32,000 nucleotides of DNA from assembly GCA_963692945.1 (NCBI GenBank), contig OY843585.1, positions 1,320,001 to 1,352,000 of the forward strand, read 5' to 3'. Of the stretch, positions 18,507 through 26,616 are shown one piece after another (position 1 is the stretch's first letter; every line of letters starts with the position of its first letter). Source of the stretch: Bdellovibrionales bacterium. GTDB lineage: Bacteria; Bdellovibrionota; Bdellovibrionia; Bdellovibrionales; UBA1609. The notes under the pieces were generated by a model. That model saw only the letters and a list, made by a program, of their open reading frames with translations. It searched no databases and was not told the origin of the DNA. A program made the position numbers and the translations under genes.

Positions 18507-19248
18507 GTAGCACTTTCCCCTTTTGCATCTTTAAAAAAATAGGATGACACCAAGATATTGTTATCAACTCATTACAGGGCTGAATATGATTTTTAAAAAA
18601 CCCAACCGTCATTTTATCTTTTTTAGATGAAAACTTATACGCTTCTTTTTTTAAAGCATAATCATTACTGTTGTTGACATCTCTAATAATATAATCACCT
18701 GTTGTTTGAGTTGATATTGTCTGAGATAAAAAACGACTTAACTTCATAGATAAAGAAGTCCCACTTAAATACGAGAGACTTTGTTCATTTTTAATCTTAG
18801 GCCAATTGAAACTAAAGTTTGTCTTCCTGATTTTCAAAAAACTAACAGGCGTACTGCACTTAGATGTAAAAAGTAATCCTAAAACCCAAACAGAAATAGG
18901 GTTAATTATTTTCCGATCTTTTAGAAAATGATAGATAGATTTAGAAAGAGAAGTAAGAACGGCCTGACCTCTAATACTCTCATCTACAACTGTTAAACCA
19001 TAATGAAATATCGGAATTTTTAAAAATTTATAAGAAGCAGTATAATATGTAAAAAAAGAAAAAGCCATTATCTCATTATTTTCTTTATTAAAAAAAAAGC
19101 CAATGATCTTATATTTTTTAAATCTATGATCTAAATACTCCTTTGTAATCGTTTGAAGATTTCTCTTTGATAGATTGTAAAAAGCATTAAAAAAATATCC
19201 CTTGTCTCTATCTGACAATTCATCAATCATTAAACTTTTAAATTCCAT
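18493..19248 (-). CDS. hypothetical protein, possible GNAT-fold N-acyltransferase
   Basis: The ATG at 19248 has AGGA 5 nt upstream; the track's TTG at 19263 is less likely. The segment MAFSFFTYY...IFHYGLTVVDESIRGQAVLTSLSKSI resembles the GNAT beta4-alpha3 (R/Q-x-x-G-x-A) region. The functional call is weak. Confidence 0.45.
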   Translation of the reverse strand: MEFKSLMIDELSDRDKGYFFNAFYNLSKRNLQTITKEYLDHRFKKYKIIGFFFNKENNEIMAFSFFTYYTASYKFLKIPIFHYGLTVVDESIRGQAVLTSLSKSIYHFLKDRKIINPISVWVLGLLFTSKCSTPVSFLKIRKTNFSFNWPKIKNEQSLSYLSGTSLSMKLSRFLSQTISTQTTGDYIIRDVNNSNDYALKKEAYKFSSKKDKMTVGFFKNHIQPCNELITISWCHPIFLKMQKGKVLHGCS

Positions 19249-19259
19249 ATTGTTCCTAT

Positions 19260-20294
19260 TCAAAAACTGGACTTTAAAGTTTGCTCTATCTTATTAAAAA
19301 GAACATCTGAAACACTAGTAACCCTCAAAAAATTCCAAGCCTGTTTACACCTCACAATAATTTTAACAGAATACAAAAATTTCACAAAAAGGTTTCTATC
19401 CTCTAAAACACCTTCCATTAAAAAGAAATTCCCACCTTTAGAATCTAAAGATGGCACCTTTAAAGACAAGCCTTTCTCACTAGATATTTTTTGAAATAAC
19501 TGAGCCAATCGTGTTCTATTGTTCCATATCTGATTCCTTTGATCTTCATAAAAACTTTTATTTCTCAAACAATCTAAAGCAATAAGTCTAGAAAAAGTTC
19601 CAACCGTTTTTTGATTGTAATCTTTTTGAAAATAATGAATGATTTTGGAATTAGCACTCAAAACAAAAGCCATTCTTAGCCCAGCCATAGGGAAAGACTT
19701 ACTAAAAGACATAACTATCACAACATTTTTATAAGCCAAAAGTCTTTGTATATAATCATCTATTTTATAATGGCTATAAAATAAATAAGTTGTATCTAAA
19801 ATCCATAAAGAATTTTCAGAAATCTTAATGTCATTTTCTAATGTCTCAGGAGAAATCTCTTCACCTGTAGGATTATTAGGAAAAGAGATATAGATTATTT
19901 TATTTTTAAATTCAGATTTTTCTGACTTTGAATCTGATTTTGAAACAGTGAAACCTAGTTTTTCTGCAAAATGCAGAAAGTGATCGTAAGTTGGAGAAAA
20001 ATAAACATGAACTTTATCATAAATTTTGTTCAATTTATTTATAAGCAAAATATGAAACAAAGCCTCATCCGCTCCATTGGCTAAAGCTAAGTTTTCAACA
20101 GGAGCATTTATAGTTTTTGATATTTCTAAAATTAAACTAGGGTCATCTACATTGGGATAATATTTTAGAAACTCTATGCTGTTTTTTAAAACAGCAACTG
20201 TTGATGGAGCCACTTCACCATGATATTCATTAAAATCCAAACAATTGTAATTCAAAAAATCAGAAGGTCTATTTTGATATTGATAGTAAGTCAT
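19260..20294 (-). CDS. class I/II PLP aminotransferase, HisC/CobD-like
   Basis: 344 aa. NGADEALFHILL, SFPNNPTGEEIS, WILDTTYLFY, and the PLP-lysine motif MSFSKSFPMAGLRMAFV. ATG with an AAGGA SD. Confidence 0.85.
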   Translation of the reverse strand: MTYYQYQNRPSDFLNYNCLDFNEYHGEVAPSTVAVLKNSIEFLKYYPNVDDPSLILEISKTINAPVENLALANGADEALFHILLINKLNKIYDKVHVYFSPTYDHFLHFAEKLGFTVSKSDSKSEKSEFKNKIIYISFPNNPTGEEISPETLENDIKISENSLWILDTTYLFYSHYKIDDYIQRLLAYKNVVIVMSFSKSFPMAGLRMAFVLSANSKIIHYFQKDYNQKTVGTFSRLIALDCLRNKSFYEDQRNQIWNNRTRLAQLFQKISSEKGLSLKVPSLDSKGGNFFLMEGVLEDRNLFVKFLYSVKIIVRCKQAWNFLRVTSVSDVLFNKIEQTLKSSF

Positions 20295-20484
20295 TGTTTC
20301 CTTTTCAATCTAAGATAAATACTACCACTATATGAAGCTAGATACATAAATTTTTTAGAAACTCTTTTAACAAAACTTCTCACCCTTGAAAAATTTAAAA
20401 GAGATTATTTAGATAGTTTGAATTTTATTTTAACAGTATCTCAACTAAGGTCTTATGATTTTTTTCTTAAAAAATCTCTTAACT

Positions 20485-21201
20485 TTAGGCTAGCTTCTCA
20501 GAATGACCATCAAAAAGTTGCGTTCTTTTCCAAAGAGGCCATAACCACTTTAAGTCTTCGTCGTACTCTAAAAAATCCCTAGTGGAAACCCCGATAGATT
20601 TCATATAATCTTCCAAGCTATTTTCATGAGGGCATAAAAAACGATAGATCTGGTTTCCCATTTTCTGATCCTTGTTTAAATCTTGATCTACATATTCCAA
20701 AATACTTTTAAAAGAACAAGAGTTCATTTTGTTTTTTAGATTTGTTAAACAAAACTTTTTTGTTTTATTATCATAATAGGATTTTATCTTGATAAGTGAT
20801 AAATTTTGCTGATGGATTTGATGGTCATTTGTTAAATTTAAGATTTCATCCTCAAAAGAACGACTGTCAGAAAGAACTGAAATCAATAAACTAGGTCCTA
20901 AAATATAGTCAGGCCATCCCATTTTTGAGATGTAACGATCATACAAACCCATGCTGACTAAAAAGTGAGCCACCTCAGTTTGAGGAGTTCCTCTTAAAGT
21001 TGTTATATCTTGAGTCAAGCAATAGACCCAAATAGGAATATTGATATTATTTTGAAATAACAATTCTCTATATTGCCTCAATCTACTTAAAACTTCAGGC
21101 ACTTTAAATAATTGTATATAAAAATCATTTCTTGTTAAAATCTGAGGTTTATTTAGGACCAATATAGAATTTTTTTCTGATATTTTTTCTAAATCTAACA
21201 A
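20485..21201 (-). CDS. hypothetical protein, remote/degenerate FabD-like (acyl-carrier acyltransferase fold?)
   Basis: 238 aa with a TTG start after GAGGG. Collinear resemblance to E. coli FabD: ILVLNKPQ vs FVFPGQGSQ; TPQTEVAHFLVSMGLY vs TWQTQPALLTASVALY; WPDYILGPSLLISVL vs APAMMAGHSLGEYSAL; LCPHENSL vs VPSHCALM. The GHSxG nucleophile elbow is not intact. Confidence 0.4.
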   Translation of the reverse strand: MLDLEKISEKNSILVLNKPQILTRNDFYIQLFKVPEVLSRLRQYRELLFQNNINIPIWVYCLTQDITTLRGTPQTEVAHFLVSMGLYDRYISKMGWPDYILGPSLLISVLSDSRSFEDEILNLTNDHQIHQQNLSLIKIKSYYDNKTKKFCLTNLKNKMNSCSFKSILEYVDQDLNKDQKMGNQIYRFLCPHENSLEDYMKSIGVSTRDFLEYDEDLKWLWPLWKRTQLFDGHSEKLA

Positions 21202-21366
21202 AGTTCCCTCTTTATTCCTGTTACTACTTTTTGTAAAATAACACCTAGTAAGAATGTCTTAAAAGATTTTTCCCTTTTCAACCACACTTAATTGACTTTT
21301 ATGAAAATTTTACAAAAAAACCCTCAAGAAAGTAAGAAAATTTTTCATCTTTCCTAACTAAAAATA

Positions 21367-21957
21367 TCAATTCTTAAGATAATTAACAGTAATCCGTGTG
21401 AAATAATCCACTTCAAAGTTTAAAAAGTCTCCCTGCTTCACCAAATGTATATTGGTTAATTTCAAGGTTTTAGGGATGAGACAGACCTCTAAATGACACC
21501 CATTGATTTCATTGATTGTAAGGCTAATACCATTTAATCCAATATAACCTTTTTTACAAAAAAACTTTTTGTATTTTATAGGAATGGTCAAACTGAGTAA
21601 TCTAGATTCACCTTTTTTCTTAATTTCTTTAACCTGAGCAAGACCATCAATATGCCCTGTCATTAAATTTCCACCTAAAGCACTTTTAAGAGTTAAAGAT
21701 TTCTCCAAATTAAAAACTTTATTCTTTAATTTTTTCTCATTCCATTTAGTGATTTTTAAAGTCTCTGCACCTAAAGCAAATAACATTTTTTTAGAATCAA
21801 AAGATTCCAAAGTTAAACAAACTCCATCCACAGCAATGCTCTCCCCTTCTTTTAAAGATTTAAAAGACTTGGGTCGGTTTAAAGCCACCCGCAACACCTG
21901 TTGTGATTTCTGAACACTTAAAAAAGAAGCTGTCGCTTCAACAAGACCTGAAAACAT
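21367..21957 (-). CDS. ribE: riboflavin synthase (alpha chain)
   Basis: It starts MFSGLVEATA, the canonical MFTGIVE type. It has an internal duplicated lumazine-binding fold (SIAVDGVCLTL / YIGLNGISLTI) and LMTGHIDG. The track's GTG at 21981 lies inside the tandem duplication, so the ATG at 21957 is preferred. Confidence 0.9.
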   Translation of the reverse strand: MFSGLVEATASFLSVQKSQQVLRVALNRPKSFKSLKEGESIAVDGVCLTLESFDSKKMLFALGAETLKITKWNEKKLKNKVFNLEKSLTLKSALGGNLMTGHIDGLAQVKEIKKKGESRLLSLTIPIKYKKFFCKKGYIGLNGISLTINEINGCHLEVCLIPKTLKLTNIHLVKQGDFLNFEVDYFTRITVNYLKN

Positions 21958-22029
21958 AAATCCACTGTGATTTCTGAACACTTAAAAAAGAAGCTGTCGC
22001 TTCAACAAGACCTGAAAACATAAATCCAC
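21902..22029. repeat. perfect 64-bp tandem duplication (2 copies) spanning the ribE start codon
   Basis: Nt 21902-21965 and 21966-22029 are identical (tgtgatttctgaacacttaaaaaagaagctgtcgcttcaacaagacctgaaaacataaatccac). Each copy carries, on the minus strand, GTGGATTTATG plus the first 18 ribE codons. Confidence 0.95.
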
Positions 22030-22061
22030 TTCATAGAATGGTTTTTTCAAAAGAGTTAAAA

Positions 22062-22092
22062 TTTTAGTGGCCTATATTATAGACCACTAAAA
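22062..22092 (-). terminator. hairpin downstream of the ankyrin gene (possible intrinsic terminator)
   Basis: ttttagtggcc-tatattata-gaccactaaaa: an 11-bp stem with one mismatch and a 9-nt loop. T/A runs are built into both arm ends. It lies 39 nt after the ankyrin stop. Confidence 0.4.
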
Positions 22093-22130
22093 AATTGTAA
22101 ATACATTATAATTTTTTTTGATTTTGAAAT

Positions 22131-22775
22131 TTATCTAATACCAAACTCTCTTAACTTCTTAATCATGGGTACATTATTTATTTCAGTAGCTATCTCTAGA
22201 GATTTTCTTGCCTCTTCACCTGTCACATCTATTACTCCCGTATTTAATAAGGTTTCAACTACATCAGTACCTATTCTATTTGTATTAACAGCATATAGAA
22301 GTGCTGTCATTCCATAATTATCTTGCAAGGTCAGATTTGCTCCCAGCCTAATTAAAGTTTCAACCATAAAGCCATTATTTGCAACAAATGCAGTTGACGC
22401 TTTCATAAGAGCTGTTCTTCCTATCTTATCTCTTGCATTCGGATCTGCTCCTGCTCTAACTAATGATCTAACAACATCTGTAGCATCATAATTTACATAT
22501 CTACTATGACTACTAGGATACAAGAAGTCCCTAAAAAAACCAATATTATTACTATTCCTAAACTGCTCAGCAGCTACCGTAATAAATGGTCGTCCATTTA
22601 TATCTCTTGCATTCGCATCTGCTCCTGCTACAATCAATTCCTGAACAAGGTTCACATCACTTTCAAAAAGTGCATTAAACATTTCTTGATTTAGACCCTC
22701 ATTATTTACAACTTCTGTCGCTTGAGTTGTTACTGAAAAAAACACAACCGACAATAACATTAAAAAACTTTTCAT
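22131..22775 (-). CDS. secreted ankyrin-repeat protein
   Basis: The ATG at 22775 is preceded by AAGGAGG; the track start at 22814 lies upstream of the SD. Signal peptide MKSFLMLLSVVFFSVTTQA. At least 3-4 ANK units (GADANARDINGRP, GADPNARDKIGRTALMKA, GANLTLQDNYGMTALLYAV). Confidence 0.85.
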   Translation of the reverse strand: MKSFLMLLSVVFFSVTTQATEVVNNEGLNQEMFNALFESDVNLVQELIVAGADANARDINGRPFITVAAEQFRNSNNIGFFRDFLYPSSHSRYVNYDATDVVRSLVRAGADPNARDKIGRTALMKASTAFVANNGFMVETLIRLGANLTLQDNYGMTALLYAVNTNRIGTDVVETLLNTGVIDVTGEEARKSLEIATEINNVPMIKKLREFGIR

Positions 22776-23006
22776 AAATACCTCCTTACTTATGTAAAAA
22801 ATTCTCCATTTCACCCCGTGTGAAATTTTAAGATAAAACTAACAAACTCTTAAAAAATTTCAAGAAAAAAACCAAAAAAAAAAAAACGATCTAAATATGC
22901 TCTAAAAAGCATTTTTTCACCTTATTTTTTGAAATTTTTACATTTTGGTTTTCAAAAAGTAAGATGCGAAAACCAGTAGGTTTTCTCTAGTTCACTATAA
23001 GTAAGA

Positions 23007-23074
23007 ATCTTTTTCTTTTTAGGAGTTTGAGGAGTATCTCTCTCACGACGAAAACCTCCTAAAAAGAAAAAGAT
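23007..23074 (-). terminator. long perfect inverted repeat immediately downstream of clpB (putative terminator)
   Basis: atctttttctttttaggag (23007-23025) and ctcctaaaaagaaaaagat (23056-23074) are perfect 19-nt reverse complements around a 30-nt loop. The structure starts 24 nt after the clpB stop. Confidence 0.5.
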
Positions 23075-23097
23075 ATTAGAATTGAACGAGAGTTTTG

Positions 23098-25755
23098 TTA
23101 ATGTATAGATTGAAATTTCTTTAAAGAATCATCTGACTTTTTTCCTACAAAGTTTTTAGAAGACTTCCCTTTCTTAAACTCTAAACCTACATCATTTGCT
23201 GTAACTTCTATTTTTGCATTAGGAAGTATCTCTCCTTTTAGTAACTTGCGAGCCAAAGGATTCAGTAACTCTTTTTGTATCACTCTTTTAATAGGACGAG
23301 CTCCATAAACAGAATCAAAACCCCTAGAAGATAAAAATTGAAGAGATTTTTTATCTAGTAGAAGTTCAATATTTTTATCTTTCAATCTTTCCTCTACATG
23401 TTGGATTTGGATTTGAACAATCTTTTCTATTTCTTCTTTTTTCAATGCATTAAACATCACTTGTTCATCCACACGATTTAAAAACTCTGGTCTAAAAGAT
23501 TCTTTTAATTTATCTAAGACTTGAGTTCTTTTTTCATTTTCTGAAAGATTCTCTTCTATAAGAATGTCTGATCCAATATTACTTGTCATAATCAAAATAG
23601 TATTTCTGAAATCAACGGTGCGACCTTGACCATCTGTCAATCGCCCGTCATCTAACACCTGAAGAAGTATATTGAAAACATCCGGATGAGCTTTTTCAAT
23701 CTCATCAATAAGTACAACACTATAAGGATGCCTTCTCACTTTTTCAGAAAGTTGCCCTCCTTCTTCATACCCAACATAACCAGGAGGAGCCCCAATTAAC
23801 CTAGAAACACTGTGTTTTTCCATATACTCACTCATATCTATACGAATAAGTGCTGATTCGGAATCAAATAAAAATTCAGCCAAAGCTTTTGCTGTTTCTG
23901 TCTTCCCAACACCTGTTGCACCTAAGAATAAAAAACTACTGATAGGACGATTAGGATCCGCAATTTCCGCTCTTGAACGACGAACACAATCACTCACTAA
24001 AGTAAGAACTTTATCTTGCCCAACAACTCTTTTTCTCAAAGATTCTTCCATAGAAAGAAGTTTTTCTATTTCTGTTTGTAACATTTTACTTACAGGAACA
24101 CCTGTCCATTGAGAAACAACTTGAGCAATTTCTTCTGACCCCACTTCTTCTTTTAATAAAGTATTGTCTAAAGATTTTGTTTCCGCCTTTTTTTCTGCCT
24201 CCTCTTTCTCTTTCAAAAGAATAGGCAATTGACCATATTGTAATTCAGCCGCTTTTTCTAAATCCCCTTCTCGCTTACATTTTTCTATTTGTGTTTTAAT
24301 GGTTTCAATCTCTTTTTTAAAAGATTTCAATTTTGAAATAGAAGATTTTTCAATCTCCCATTTTAATTTCAAAGTTTTAACTTTCTCTTCTAAAACTTTC
24401 AATTCTTTATCTAATTCTTTAAGACGCTTTTTAGAAACATCATCATTTTCTTTTAACAAAGCTTCTTTCTCTACTTTGAGCTGAACCATTTTTCTTTGAC
24501 CTTCATCAATAACACTAGGCACACTATTTATTTCAATACTTAAACGACTAGCCGCTTCATCCATTAAATCAATGGCCTTATCTGGTAAAAATCTATCTGT
24601 TATATAACGGTGAGACAATTTTACAGCTGTGATCAAAGCTGAATCTTTAATACGAACACCATGGTGAACTTCATAACGCTCCTTTAAACCACGAAGTATT
24701 GTTAAAGCGTCTTCTTTATTTGGTTCCTCTATTAAAACAGTTTGAAACCGCCTTTCTAAAGCTTTATCTTTCTCTATATATTTTCTGTATTCATCCAAAG
24801 TGGTTGCTCCGATGGCTCTCAGTTCCCCTCTAGCCAAAGCAGGTTTTAACATCTGCCCAGCATCCATGGCTCCATCCACTTTTCCAGCACCCACTAAAGT
24901 GTGCATCTCATCAATAAAAAGTAAAATTTTTCCTTCTGAAGAAGTCACCTCTGAAATAAGAGACTTTAATCTTTCTTCAAAATCTCCTCTAAACTGACTA
25001 CCAGCTACAAGAGAAGCAAGATCAAGAGATAAAACCTTTTTCCCCAATAAAACATTGGGAACATCTTGATTGACAATACGAAGAGCTAAGCCCTCAGCAA
25101 TAGCTGTTTTTCCAACACCCGGTTCCCCTATAAGAACAGGATTGTTTTTTGTTCTTCGGGATAAAACTTGTATCACTCTCCGAATCTCTTTATCCCTTCC
25201 AATAACAGGGTCTAACTTTCCCTGCTCTGCAAGTATCGTAAGATCACGAGTGTACTTTTCTAAAACATTAAGTTTTGTTTCTGGTTTTTTATCTATCACT
25301 TTTTTACCCCCTCTTAATCTTTTTAAAGCGTCCATAAAATTGTTTTTAGTCAGATGATTTTGTTCTAAAATTTTTAAAAGCCTCTTTTCAGAAGAAGAAA
25401 ATAAGGCCAACAAAATAGGCTCTGTGGAAATATAAGAATCCCCTAATTTTTCAGCCTCTTGTTCCGCTCCTTTCAACAAGCTAAGAGAAGCAGGAGAAAG
25501 AGATGGAACACAATCCTTATTACTGACTGTAGGAAGACCAGCCTTTTCTTTTTCTACCAACTGAATCAAAGAAGGAAGAGAAACATTTGACAATGTAGAT
25601 AAAACTTGAGGAACAAGACCTTCTTTTTGCCTTAAAATCTCCAGCACAAAATGAACAGGTTCTAAAGAAGGGTTTTGACTAGTTTGAGCTTCTAAAAAAG
25701 CCTCTTGAAAAGCCTCTTGGCTTTTCTGAGTCATTTTTTCAAATAATCTTTTCAT
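23098..25755 (-). CDS. clpB: ATP-dependent chaperone/disaggregase ClpB
   Basis: 885 aa. Clp N-domain, NBD1 Walker A GEPGVGKT and Walker B LFIDEMH, a long coiled-coil M-domain (EKEALLKE...LKLKWEIEK), NBD2 GATGVGKT and [11 protein letters not shown], and a C-terminal RPEFLNRVD / GARPIKR. Confidence 0.97.
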   Translation of the reverse strand: MKRLFEKMTQKSQEAFQEAFLEAQTSQNPSLEPVHFVLEILRQKEGLVPQVLSTLSNVSLPSLIQLVEKEKAGLPTVSNKDCVPSLSPASLSLLKGAEQEAEKLGDSYISTEPILLALFSSSEKRLLKILEQNHLTKNNFMDALKRLRGGKKVIDKKPETKLNVLEKYTRDLTILAEQGKLDPVIGRDKEIRRVIQVLSRRTKNNPVLIGEPGVGKTAIAEGLALRIVNQDVPNVLLGKKVLSLDLASLVAGSQFRGDFEERLKSLISEVTSSEGKILLFIDEMHTLVGAGKVDGAMDAGQMLKPALARGELRAIGATTLDEYRKYIEKDKALERRFQTVLIEEPNKEDALTILRGLKERYEVHHGVRIKDSALITAVKLSHRYITDRFLPDKAIDLMDEAASRLSIEINSVPSVIDEGQRKMVQLKVEKEALLKENDDVSKKRLKELDKELKVLEEKVKTLKLKWEIEKSSISKLKSFKKEIETIKTQIEKCKREGDLEKAAELQYGQLPILLKEKEEAEKKAETKSLDNTLLKEEVGSEEIAQVVSQWTGVPVSKMLQTEIEKLLSMEESLRKRVVGQDKVLTLVSDCVRRSRAEIADPNRPISSFLFLGATGVGKTETAKALAEFLFDSESALIRIDMSEYMEKHSVSRLIGAPPGYVGYEEGGQLSEKVRRHPYSVVLIDEIEKAHPDVFNILLQVLDDGRLTDGQGRTVDFRNTILIMTSNIGSDILIEENLSENEKRTQVLDKLKESFRPEFLNRVDEQVMFNALKKEEIEKIVQIQIQHVEERLKDKNIELLLDKKSLQFLSSRGFDSVYGARPIKRVIQKELLNPLARKLLKGEILPNAKIEVTANDVGLEFKKGKSSKNFVGKKSDDSLKKFQSIH

Positions 25756-25827
25756 AAAAACAATGTGAGGACAAAATAGACGATTGTCAACTTTTCACCT
25801 TAATCTATTTAAAATGTAGAAAAAAGC

Positions 25828-26616
25828 ATGTCACAGGGTTTTCTCTATAAATTCTTGTTTAATGAAGTAATAATGTCTTTTAAAAAAATATTTTTCAATA
25901 AATATTTAAGTCTTTCCTATTTACTGCCGACATATAAAATAATGGAAGCCCGAAATTATGCTCATCAAAATGATTTGGAATCTTTTTTTGGAGATCACTC
26001 TTCTTTTAAAATTCATCAAAACATATTTACTAATACTGGTATCTCAGCAATAACCAATTGGTTCCGATATACAGGTCATATGGTTCCCAACCACTATGAC
26101 ATCAAAACCAACAGAGATGAAGTTATTGGTTCTATTACAGAAGAAAATCGGGGGTGGATTCCTTTCGTATTTAAATCGGCTTTTTTAAAAAATAGACGAC
26201 CTACTCACTTTACTATTAAGGATTCCAATCAAAATGTCATTTTAACTCTTTATCGTCCTTTTCGCTTTTTATTTTCTACCTTGATTGTAAAAGATAGTGA
26301 AGGGCAAGTTTTAGGTTCTGTATCACAAAGGTTTTCTCTTTTTCATAAATTTTATGAATTTTACACCAGAGGAGCTAAGCCTTTTGGATTTATTAAATCT
26401 TCGTTTGTCCGTTTATGGACTTTTCCTATAATGAATAATCGTAAACATCCTATTGGAGAAATTAAAAAACAATGGGGTGGAGTGGCAAAAGAAAGTTTAA
26501 CCTATGCTGATTCTTTTACAATCAAATGGGAATACAATGTTTCTCTGGAACAAAAAATCATTTTATTTGCAGGAGCTATCAGTATTGACTTTGATTACTT
26601 TGAACGCTCTGAGTAG
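25828..26616 (+). CDS. phospholipid scramblase (PLSCR/PF03803-like) family protein
   Basis: The C-terminal GEIKKQWGGVAKESLTYADSFTIKWEYNVSLEQKIILFAGAISIDFDYFE is collinear with the eukaryotic PLSCR signature G.I.KQWsG..rE.FTDADnFgIqFP.dLdvk.KAvllGA.FLIDFmfFE. The start is uncertain (candidates at 25828, 25873 and the MEARN Met), and none has an obvious SD. Confidence 0.78.
   Translation: MSQGFLYKFLFNEVIMSFKKIFFNKYLSLSYLLPTYKIMEARNYAHQNDLESFFGDHSSFKIHQNIFTNTGISAITNWFRYTGHMVPNHYDIKTNRDEVIGSITEENRGWIPFVFKSAFLKNRRPTHFTIKDSNQNVILTLYRPFRFLFSTLIVKDSEGQVLGSVSQRFSLFHKFYEFYTRGAKPFGFIKSSFVRLWTFPIMNNRKHPIGEIKKQWGGVAKESLTYADSFTIKWEYNVSLEQKIILFAGAISIDFDYFERSE

Noticed and set aside
21958-22130. FMN riboswitch expected upstream of a riboflavin gene
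   Set aside because: The 170-nt leader consists of the duplicated 64-bp unit, an AT-rich stretch and a simple hairpin. None of the conserved GC-rich FMN-element helices are present. ribE here appears monocistronic and riboswitch-free.
21394-22826. Shared 11-mer ccgtgtgaaat at 21394 and 22816
   Set aside because: Many exact 11-mer coincidences are expected by chance in a 32-kb window, and the flanks do not extend the match.
24299-25357. Three plus-strand ORFs (24299-24484, 24800-24997, 25070-25357)
   Set aside because: They are antisense to clpB, whose frame is unambiguous.
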